53,267 bases of DNA, taken from the IMG/VR virus record IMGVR_UViG_3300043409_000116, positions 1 through 53,267 of that record; one strand, written 5' to 3'. The notes under the pieces are model-generated. The model was not told the origin of the DNA, ran no database searches, and saw only the letters and a list, made by a program, of their open reading frames with translations. This document shows positions 45,564 to 53,267 of this stretch, piece by piece. The stretch is from a virus. Its lineage: Duplodnaviria; Caudoviricetes. A program made the translations under genes and the position numbers. The first letter of the stretch is position 1; every line of letters starts with the position of its first letter.

Positions 45564-47843
45564 ATGGCAACAATAAACGATGCAGTACGGCAGATGTACC
45601 TGACGCAAACTGGCAGGGAAGCTGACCCTGGCGGCTTGGAGTACTTTGTCAATCGTTTTGGTTCAGACATTGACCCAGAGGAGTTGGCTATTTTTCGGCA
45701 GATGGCGGCGGCTGAAGTTGCGGGACACGAAGCACGACAAGCCGCAGCCGCTGCACAACAGGCCGCTGTTGTAAATCAATTGACAGCGCAACTGACCGCC
45801 GCAGGAATTTCGGCTGCTGACTTTTTTGCGTTAGGAGGACAGTTGCCTGCCGGAATTGGGGCCACTATCGGCACTACTACTGGAACTGGCACTACGGCTG
45901 GAACTGGTACTACGGCTACAGGCGCTACCACTAACCTTACAGGTACAGGCACTACGGGTACAGGCACTACGGGTACAACTACTGCTAAAACAGGGGCTAC
46001 CACTGGCCTTTTAGGCACCGGAACCACCACAGGTACTACAGGTACAGGCGCCACCACTAACCTTATAAACACAGGCACCACTGGAACTGGCACCACTGGT
46101 ACTACTACTGGAACTGGTACTACTACTGGAACTGCTACTACTACTGGAACTGGTACTACGGCTGCTACCGCTGAAGCCGCACAACAGGCAGCAGCACAAC
46201 AGGCAGCAGCACAGCAAGCAGCAGCACAGCAAGCAGCAGCACAACAGGCAGCAGCACAACAGGCAGCAGCAGAAGCAGCAAGAGTCTTAGCCGCACAACA
46301 GGCCGCAGCCGCTACTGGTAATACAGGTATGGCTGGAACTGGCACTACGGGTACAGGCACTACGGGTACAACTACTGCTACAACAGGGGCTACTGCAACG
46401 GGGATGTCCATTGCACAAGCGTATCAGCAAGTATTAGGCAGGGCGCCATCTGCATCTGAAATCGCCTACTGGACAACTCAATATGGTAACAGCGTTGATG
46501 CAACAGAACTATCCAACTTTAACGTAGCGGCTCAACCAGAATTGACTGCAAGAACAACTACTGCTGGTACAGCTACAGCAGGAACTGGCGCTACTGCTGG
46601 GACAACTGGAATGTCCATTACACAAGCCTATCAACAGGTATTGGGTAGGACGCCAAACGCTCAAGAGATTGCCTACTGGACAACTCAGTTTGGGGACAGC
46701 GTTGATGCAAAGGAACTATCCACCTTTAGTGTGGCGGCTCAACCAGAACGGGCGGCAGTGCCCACAACGAATAACGCTGTTCGGCAGATGTATCTGTCAG
46801 TGCTGGGCCGTGAGCCTGATGCTGCTGGGTTAAAGTATTTCTCTGACCGTTTTGGGGCTGACGTTGACGCATCTGAACTAGGCATTTTTCGCGGAATGTC
46901 AACGCAAGAGTTAGCCGCCAATGCTGTTAGGAACGCTGGCACTACAGCAGGCTCTACCGCTGGTGCAATCAACAGGCCAACAACACCAACGCAAGTTACA
47001 GGCAGTCAGCTTGCACCAGCTCAAGTGACTAACACCGCTATCACAGGGACGCCATTCACGAACCTCTACCAGCCAGCAACTTACCAGCAAAATGCACCTA
47101 CGTTGGCAAGCATCCAAAGTGCAGCGCAGTCGGCTAACCCTTACCAATCGCTGATGGCAATGTCACCGCAGCGCACACTGTCACCATCCTATGCCGCCCA
47201 GGCTGGACAGACAGCCGCCAACACCAACCTTGGTGGCTTTAACCCAGCCATCTACAACCCGGCGGCGGCAGCGCCACTGACGGGTCTTTTGGCTGCTGGT
47301 AGTGATGGTAGTGGTGGTAGCAACGCTGGTGATGCGCGTGGGCCGGGGACTGGTAACACGGGCGATGGTCAAACATTTTACGGCGGGCTTGCTAATTTGG
47401 CTGGAGAGGCTAATCGAGCAGGGTTTACTGGACTTGGTGGGTTTTTAGCGTCTGGACTACCTGTAGGTGCGGCGTATAAAGGTGGTACGCTGACTGCTGC
47501 AGATATAGCTGCGTTAACAGGAAAAGTTGACACAGGTTCATCAGTGTCGCTTGGTAATCAAGGCTACGGCGGTGGTTCTGATGCGCCGGGTGCAAACGCT
47601 GATGGATATGGAGGTGGTGATGCTGGTTTTGGCGGTGGCAGTCAAGCGTTTGCCAAAGGCGGCAAGGTAAACATGGCCCCGCAGATGAACAATCCACCTG
47701 GCCCTGATGATGGCTATGCTGCCCTGGACAACGGCGAGTTTGTCATTCGCAAGAGTGCAGTGAAGAAATACGGCGCAAACATTTTCGAGCAAATCAACGC
47801 AGGCAGGATTCCCGCCAAGCGTTTGAAATCTCTGTTGGAGTAA
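45564..47843 (+). CDS. Putative internal virion/ejection protein 1, allele B, with 4 DUF4214-like repeats
   Basis: Y...LGR.PD..G..Y(F/W) repeats, T/G-rich and (AAAQQ)n linkers, C-terminus shared with 8351..9649. Confidence 0.7.
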   Translation: MATINDAVRQMYLTQTGREADPGGLEYFVNRFGSDIDPEELAIFRQMAAAEVAGHEARQAAAAAQQAAVVNQLTAQLTAAGISAADFFALGGQLPAGIGATIGTTTGTGTTAGTGTTATGATTNLTGTGTTGTGTTGTTTAKTGATTGLLGTGTTTGTTGTGATTNLINTGTTGTGTTGTTTGTGTTTGTATTTGTGTTAATAEAAQQAAAQQAAAQQAAAQQAAAQQAAAQQAAAEAARVLAAQQAAAATGNTGMAGTGTTGTGTTGTTTATTGATATGMSIAQAYQQVLGRAPSASEIAYWTTQYGNSVDATELSNFNVAAQPELTARTTTAGTATAGTGATAGTTGMSITQAYQQVLGRTPNAQEIAYWTTQFGDSVDAKELSTFSVAAQPERAAVPTTNNAVRQMYLSVLGREPDAAGLKYFSDRFGADVDASELGIFRGMSTQELAANAVRNAGTTAGSTAGAINRPTTPTQVTGSQLAPAQVTNTAITGTPFTNLYQPATYQQNAPTLASIQSAAQSANPYQSLMAMSPQRTLSPSYAAQAGQTAANTNLGGFNPAIYNPAAAAPLTGLLAAGSDGSGGSNAGDARGPGTGNTGDGQTFYGGLANLAGEANRAGFTGLGGFLASGLPVGAAYKGGTLTAADIAALTGKVDTGSSVSLGNQGYGGGSDAPGANADGYGGGDAGFGGGSQAFAKGGKVNMAPQMNNPPGPDDGYAALDNGEFVIRKSAVKKYGANIFEQINAGRIPAKRLKSLLE
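45870..46400 (+). repeat. Low-complexity coding repeats (Thr/Gly tracts; 15-nt AAAQQ units x6)
   Basis: ACTACTGGAACTGG-type and GCAGCAGCACAACAG units. Confidence 0.85.
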
Positions 47844-47847
47844 CACC

Positions 47848-49023
47848 ATGAGCAAAAGCGGCAGCAGCCAAACCAGCACAACATCAATTGACCCGCAGAT
47901 CAAGCAAGCCTACCTGCAGAACTTGCAGCAGGCGCAGGGTGTGGCCTCGGCATTACCCGTCAGGGAGTTTGCTGATTTCAATCCTGTCTACAGGGCTGGT
48001 GAACAGCAGTTGGTAAACACTGGTCTAGCAGGCCGGGGCATTGACACTACCAACATTGCAGCCGAGTACGCCAACCAAGCGGCTCAATTCCAGCCCTACT
48101 ACACGGGCGGCGTCAATGCCGGGATGTCCAACCAGTTTGGTGCTGTGGGCTACACGCCCACCGCTGCTACTGCTGCACAGGCGCAGATGTCAAACATCAG
48201 CAACTACATGAACCCCTACATCAGCGATGTTATTGGTGGGTATAACGCTACGACCGGGAAATCCACTGGTGTGCTGGGTGACATTGAATCCGCACGGCAG
48301 GCGGCTGTGCAGCAGATGGGTGAGGCTGCAACCAGGGCCAAGGCATTTGGTGGTACACGCCAGGGTGTAGCAACAGCAGCCACCAACCAAGCCTATGCCG
48401 ACAAGGTGGCGCAGATGTCAGCGCAGCTCAGACAGCAGGGCTTTGACACCAGCTCCAACTTGATGCAGCAGGATTTGAACCGCACCCAGCAGGCCAACCT
48501 GCAAACGGCAGCGCAGGGCACTGGAGCGGCTCAATACGGCGCAGGCGCCATCAACGCTGCAATGGGCGGCAACGCAGCAGCCATGAACGAAATGCAACGC
48601 TATAACGCAAGCCTGGCCCAGCAGAGCGACCTTGCCAACCAGCAAGCCTACGCTGCCGCCAATGCACAGCGGCTGGCTGCTGCAGGCCAGCTAGGTGCCT
48701 TTGGGCAGCAGCAGCAGAACCTTGGCATGAGTGGCGCACAGGCCGTGATGGGCGCAGGACAAGCGCAGCAGCAATTCACGCAACAGCAGCTGGATGCACT
48801 GCGCGGGATTGGCGTGGAGAAGCTGGGCATTGCTCAGTCTGGATTGTCAGCATCATTGCCAAACCTTGGTCAGACTGCTACACAACCAACCTACAAGAAC
48901 CCTGTGTCGTCTTTATTTGGCGGTGCCTTGGGTGGTTACCAGCTTGGTGCTTTACCAGGCATGACAGCAATTGGCGGTCCAATGGGTGCTGGCATTGGTG
49001 CATTGCTTGGCCTGCTAGGTTAA
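47848..49023 (+). CDS. Ejection protein 2, allele B
   Basis: Homologous to 9654..10805, divergent C-terminal tail. Confidence 0.65.
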   Translation: MSKSGSSQTSTTSIDPQIKQAYLQNLQQAQGVASALPVREFADFNPVYRAGEQQLVNTGLAGRGIDTTNIAAEYANQAAQFQPYYTGGVNAGMSNQFGAVGYTPTAATAAQAQMSNISNYMNPYISDVIGGYNATTGKSTGVLGDIESARQAAVQQMGEAATRAKAFGGTRQGVATAATNQAYADKVAQMSAQLRQQGFDTSSNLMQQDLNRTQQANLQTAAQGTGAAQYGAGAINAAMGGNAAAMNEMQRYNASLAQQSDLANQQAYAAANAQRLAAAGQLGAFGQQQQNLGMSGAQAVMGAGQAQQQFTQQQLDALRGIGVEKLGIAQSGLSASLPNLGQTATQPTYKNPVSSLFGGALGGYQLGALPGMTAIGGPMGAGIGALLGLLG

Positions 49024-49036
49024 CGGAGAATCAATC

Positions 49037-50368
49037 ATGGCTGACTTTAATTTAGAAGGGTTGCTGGGCAACGTCTTTGGAGGTGGTGGCGGTAACTACC
49101 TGGACGAGTACCTGACACCAGAGCAGAAAGCTGCTATGCAGCGCAACGCAATGCTGGCAGCGTCAGCAGCCTTGCTCAAGGCTGGTGGGGAAAGCACCCG
49201 GCGCATTGGCATTGGTGAGGCACTAGGTTCAGCGTTTGAGGCAGGTCAAGCCGGGTACGAGAAAGCGCAGACGGGTGCATTGACCCAGATGGCGTTGAAG
49301 CAGAAGCTAGGTGAGGCAGCAAACTTGAAAAAGATGCGTGACCTGATTCCAACTTTATTTTCACAAGCACCTGCAACTGCTGCTGTTCCAACAACTGACC
49401 CAGGGGTGACATTTGGATATGCTCCTGATAGCACAGCAGCAACTCAACCAAAACCAACTATAAATTTGGAGTCATTGAGACAGCTTGCTGCTTTGTCACC
49501 AGACCCACTAGCAACATTAACCAGTATTTCAGATTTGATTCCCAAAATGAGAACGGCAGGTTTTATGGGAGTCTCTGGCTCTCAAGATAACCCATTTGCA
49601 ATCTATGTTAATGATGAGACACTTCCAAACACTGTTAGGAACATTGCAAGACAGTATGCCTCTAGTTATTCATCTGGTGTGCTTGACCAAGCAAAAGTAG
49701 ATGACAGGATTAAATCTCTTGGAGAGATGGCACAACGCGCTTTAACTAGTAAATCAGCAGCAGACGCTCTTGAGGAACAAAGAACAATGATGAATAATTT
49801 ACGTTTACAGGGACTAGAAAATTCACAGCAAGGTAGAGCATTAACAGCACAAATTGCTCAAGGAAATCTAGATTTGAGGAGAGCTCAATTAGCGGCAGAG
49901 CCTCCAAAATATAGCTACATTCAAAGGCAAGAAATTGACCAAATTCGTGACGAGAAAAAAGCAGCCGAAAAAGCTCAAAACTCAGCTGACTTAGCTGCTA
50001 GAGCAGCTCCATTACTTGAAAGAGCATATGGTAGTGCATTAGAGGCTGGAGTAAAAGGTCTTGCAGGTCTTGTATTCCCCAGCACAGATGCTAAAGATGC
50101 AAATGACAAATTAGTACAAATAAATCAACAACTAGCATTAATGACGCCAAAATTTGGTGGTCCTACATCTGATGCAGATGCCAAAAGATATGACACTGCT
50201 GTGGGTGACTTAGCAAACCCAAGAAAATCAATTGAATCTAAAAAAGATGCCTTGAAAACTATTCAAGAGTTAGCGGCAAAACAAAGTGCTTTTGCAACGC
50301 AAAAAGAAAACTATTTTGATGAGAAGAAAACCCTTAAAGGATTTACACCAAATCCATTTGGAAACTAA
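49037..50368 (+). CDS. Ejection protein 3, allele B (443 aa)
   Basis: N-terminal ~90 aa shared with allele A; remainder not visibly related and AT-richer. Confidence 0.65.
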   Translation: MADFNLEGLLGNVFGGGGGNYLDEYLTPEQKAAMQRNAMLAASAALLKAGGESTRRIGIGEALGSAFEAGQAGYEKAQTGALTQMALKQKLGEAANLKKMRDLIPTLFSQAPATAAVPTTDPGVTFGYAPDSTAATQPKPTINLESLRQLAALSPDPLATLTSISDLIPKMRTAGFMGVSGSQDNPFAIYVNDETLPNTVRNIARQYASSYSSGVLDQAKVDDRIKSLGEMAQRALTSKSAADALEEQRTMMNNLRLQGLENSQQGRALTAQIAQGNLDLRRAQLAAEPPKYSYIQRQEIDQIRDEKKAAEKAQNSADLAARAAPLLERAYGSALEAGVKGLAGLVFPSTDAKDANDKLVQINQQLALMTPKFGGPTSDADAKRYDTAVGDLANPRKSIESKKDALKTIQELAAKQSAFATQKENYFDEKKTLKGFTPNPFGN

Positions 50369-50370
50369 TC

Positions 50371-52572
50371 ATGGCAACTAAAGAACCCACGCTAAAAGAC
50401 ATCACTTTGTTGGCTCTAAATCCATCTTTAGCTTCAAAGTTTGATGAGGTTTATGGGCCTGGAGCAGCAAATCAAGTTCTTAGCAGTCAAGCTAAAACTA
50501 ATTTGATGACAGAAACCCGTCTGTTGCAACCAGCACGGGCATCTTCCGCAAGCAATTATGCAGGCGCTGTTGCTAGGGGGTTAGTCGGTCCCGCTGCGGG
50601 TGCAGCAATGGGTGCTGCTGGTGGACCCGTTGGGATGTTAGCGGGACAGTTAGCACTTCCTGCGTCTGATGCTTTAACCAATTTGATAAATATAGCACTT
50701 GCTGGAACTGAAAAACTGACAGACGCAAGAATGCCGCGCATGATGTCAACATCAGAAGGGCTGCAAAATCTGTTAACTGCAATGGGAGTTCCACAAGCAG
50801 AAACGCCAATGCAACGGGCGGTCCAATCAGGAGCAGGTACATTGGGTGGAGTAACTGCCAGCATTCCAGGTTTAACACGCATGGCAACAACAGCCGTGAC
50901 CCCAATGGGCAGAGCTTTGTCAGCGCAGGCGGCACAACAGCCTGCAGGTCAGTTAGCTGTAGCTGCACCAGCCGGGGCTGCTGGTCAATTGACTGCTGAA
51001 TTGTCTAAACCCTATCTTGGCGATGTAGGGTCTACGGTTGCTGGTATGGGGTCAGGTATCTTTGTTGGTGGATTAGGAATGCCAAAGCAACAACGACCAC
51101 CAGCCCAAATGTCTCAAGCAGACATGAGGGCGGCGGCTGTTGCACAAAAAGCCAAAGACCTTGGATTCACTGGAGATTTGTCATTAACGCCTGGTCAAGC
51201 TGGAACGAATAAAACAGCTCAACTTTTTGAGGCGGTTGCATCTACGTTGCCAGGGTCCGCTGGACAATTTAGAAAGAAATATGCAAAGCAATCAGATTAT
51301 GCAGAAGCTCTTATCAATCAAATTTCAAATCTGTTTGGTGGTATGCCAAAAGAGCCAGACGTTGCATTTTCATCTAGCGCACAAGCAATTAAAAACGCAA
51401 CGTATAGAAACAAAGAATCAATTGGGAGCAAAATCAGAAATGTTGCATCTCAATCAGATATTGATTTGATGCAGACTCCAGACTTTCAAAATCAGATTTT
51501 GGCTGCTAGAAAAAAATTGCAGTCTTTGCCGCCAATTATGCGTAAAGAAGAATTATTTCAGCAATTTGAAGAATTTTATTTTGGCAAACCAAATGATGAT
51601 TTACTAGGAAAAATCAAAGAGACAATGAAAGATACGGGCATGAGCCCTACCAATGCCAATTACAAAAAGACAGAAGCACAAGTTCGCCAGGCTCTTATAG
51701 ACTCTGGAATTCCAGAGTTTGAATACTTTGGTTATCAGCAAAAAGGATTGCTGCCTGGAGCAGACTATCAAGACCAACGTGTTCTGTTTAGTAAGTTGGC
51801 CTATGCCAATAGGGGTACAAAAATTGGAGAGGCTTTTAAAACTTTAGAAAATGCTTTGGATAACGCTAGAGATCAAGGTTTTATAAAAGATGGCATGATA
51901 GATCAAGTTGCAGAATTAAAAAGACTAAGGGCGTCTTATGGTCAGGCAAAGGAATTGAATGAGAGATTGGAGGTTGCTGGTGACAAAACAGCAGTGAATT
52001 ACATCTCCAACAATCAAGACAACATCGCAAATCTAGTTATTCCTTTGATGACAGCAGAGGAAAAACTTGCCTTGACTCAAGGGATATTGGCAGACATAAA
52101 GCTAAAGTCTCAAAACAACGCTGGTGACTTAGACATTACAAAGTTTGGCAAAGCTGTGATACAAACAAATGAGAGAACTCCATCTACATTTGGAAATATC
52201 CTAGGACAAGAGCAGGCAACAAACTTAGTCAATCTTGCTGATATTGCACAATCAGCATTGAAATCTAAAGTCCCAACATCAGCGACTGCTGAACGATCAA
52301 ACATGATTAATTTGTTGACATCAACACCAGCAAAAATTGGTGCTGCAATGGCAAGCGGAACAGCATTGACAGGAGAGCCTATTCTTGGTACTGCCCTGGC
52401 TCTTGGAACACCTGCCTTGGCGTCAAAGATGTATTTGTCACCAACAGTACAAAATTTATACGACAGGTTGCGTATCAGAGACCCATTGTTAAATTACATG
52501 GCAAACCCGCTAGACCCAATGAGTCAGTATATGCAAACTCCAGGTCTTTTGTATTCAGACTACGGCAATTAA
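50371..52572 (+). CDS. Large ejection protein 4, allele B (733 aa)
   Basis: Syntenic with 12342..14777 but no visible similarity; AT-richer. Confidence 0.6.
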   Translation: MATKEPTLKDITLLALNPSLASKFDEVYGPGAANQVLSSQAKTNLMTETRLLQPARASSASNYAGAVARGLVGPAAGAAMGAAGGPVGMLAGQLALPASDALTNLINIALAGTEKLTDARMPRMMSTSEGLQNLLTAMGVPQAETPMQRAVQSGAGTLGGVTASIPGLTRMATTAVTPMGRALSAQAAQQPAGQLAVAAPAGAAGQLTAELSKPYLGDVGSTVAGMGSGIFVGGLGMPKQQRPPAQMSQADMRAAAVAQKAKDLGFTGDLSLTPGQAGTNKTAQLFEAVASTLPGSAGQFRKKYAKQSDYAEALINQISNLFGGMPKEPDVAFSSSAQAIKNATYRNKESIGSKIRNVASQSDIDLMQTPDFQNQILAARKKLQSLPPIMRKEELFQQFEEFYFGKPNDDLLGKIKETMKDTGMSPTNANYKKTEAQVRQALIDSGIPEFEYFGYQQKGLLPGADYQDQRVLFSKLAYANRGTKIGEAFKTLENALDNARDQGFIKDGMIDQVAELKRLRASYGQAKELNERLEVAGDKTAVNYISNNQDNIANLVIPLMTAEEKLALTQGILADIKLKSQNNAGDLDITKFGKAVIQTNERTPSTFGNILGQEQATNLVNLADIAQSALKSKVPTSATAERSNMINLLTSTPAKIGAAMASGTALTGEPILGTALALGTPALASKMYLSPTVQNLYDRLRIRDPLLNYMANPLDPMSQYMQTPGLLYSDYGN

Positions 52573-52588
52573 CTTTAGGAGCATCACA

Positions 52589-52903
52589 ATGAGCAAGCTA
52601 TTTCGGGACGACAACGGGCAACTGACCACCTTTGGCGCACTTGGCACCACCCAGGTAATGACGGTGAGCGCCACCAGCGTACAGTCCACGGCAGTAGGTG
52701 CTGGCGTCACCATGCTGCGCCTGGCAAACGGTGGAGGGGCGCACTGCCACTTTGCCATTGGCGCCAACCCCACCGCCAGCCTGACCACCTCACCCATGCT
52801 GGGGACAAATACCATCGAGTATGTGGCCTGCGCTGGTGGTGACAAGGTGGCTGTGATTCGGGGCGGTACTGCCACCGATGTGTCAATCACGCAGATCAGC
52901 TAG
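52589..52903 (+). CDS. Small beta-rich protein, allele B of 14795..15109
   Basis: Homologous, same length. Confidence 0.65.
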   Translation: MSKLFRDDNGQLTTFGALGTTQVMTVSATSVQSTAVGAGVTMLRLANGGGAHCHFAIGANPTASLTTSPMLGTNTIEYVACAGGDKVAVIRGGTATDVSITQIS

Positions 52904-53127
52904 GGATAAGGGCAATCATCTGGCACAAACGCCAGGCAGTGGACACCAGCGTACTTGGTCCTGGTCTTGATCCAGCGGTCAATGTAGGTGTCAGGCATCA
53001 ACGCCAAGCTGCGGCTGATTTGCGAGTTAGGCACGCTGAGAGCAATTGCCAGCTCACTGGCGGTCATGCCGTCTGGAGCCAGAGCCAGGGTGTCTCGGAT
53101 GCGTTTTGAGAGTACTGTGATTGTCAT
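52900..53127 (-). CDS. HTH protein, allele B of 15244..15471
   Basis: Homologous. Confidence 0.65.
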   Translation of the reverse strand: MTITVLSKRIRDTLALAPDGMTASELAIALSVPNSQISRSLALMPDTYIDRWIKTRTKYAGVHCLAFVPDDCPYP

Positions 53128-53267
53128 TTGTTGCGCTCTTTTAAAATGGACTCCGCGCTCATTGCGGCTTGAAATTTGGTTAGGCAAGACTGATTGATTG
53201 CTGGAATGTCTTCTTCCGTCAGCCCTACCCACGAACGCTGTGGCGGCTCGGTGTAAAGGGCAAAAGC
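53124..53267 (-). CDS. 3' fragment of hypothetical protein (..QRSWVGLTEED..ERNK)
   Basis: Open to window end; motif similar to C-terminus of 15468..15959. Confidence 0.5.
   Translation of the reverse strand, partial: AFALYTEPPQRSWVGLTEEDIPAINQSCLTKFQAAMSAESILKERNK

Larger units (their letters stand above)
38465..53267 (+). repeat. Diverged direct copy of ~1..15600 (second strain allele of tail/lysis/ejection region)
   Basis: Same gene order; many near-identical proteins (e.g. 87..542 vs 38551..39006 differ at 4 residues) with synonymous changes, interspersed with non-homologous blocks. Confidence 0.95.

Noticed and set aside
45776-46411. Val/Pro- and Cys-rich minus-strand ORFs
   Set aside because: Antisense shadows of the Thr/Gly and AAAQQ repeats
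38465-53267. Long terminal repeat or genuine second tail module
   Set aside because: Copies are diverged, the repeat begins mid-gene, it is ~38% of unit length, and the 127-nt start identity fits an assembler k-mer join
1-53267. tRNA, integrase or attachment sites, host flanks
   Set aside because: None recognisable; intergenic gaps are short and accounted for

Overview
Tailed dsDNA phage sequence with podovirus-like gene organisation. A freshwater/betaproteobacterial host is an inference only. One complete unit genome of about 38.46 kb spans 1..38464. It is followed by a diverged second copy (38465..53267) of the first ~15.6 kb. Unit layout: tail, lysis and ejection genes (+, 87-15109); a leftward operon of small ORFs plus SNF2 helicase and VRR-NUC (-, 15089-18851); an APSE-like replication operon with DUF2800-like nuclease, SSB-like protein, PolA and primase-helicase (+, 18949-25207); a leftward early region of small ORFs (-, 25227-28407); an ori/pac-like repeat region; then TerS, TerL, accessory genes, portal, scaffold, major capsid protein and adaptor (+, 28780-38541). 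The first 127 nt match 38465..38591 exactly and the copies differ at base 128, which points to a k=127 assembly join of two co-occurring strains rather than a real duplication. The join gives a direct two-strain comparison, showing exchanged tail-fibre blocks and exchanged ejection-protein cassettes. Other notable signals: a likely overprinted gene inside polA; glycosyltransferase, methyltransferase and HiPIP-like genes embedded in the head module; a sigma54-like/IHF promoter architecture; and recurrent structured RNA leaders. No integrase, tRNA, CRISPR array or reverse transcriptase was seen. All product calls come from motif recognition by eye, not database searches.
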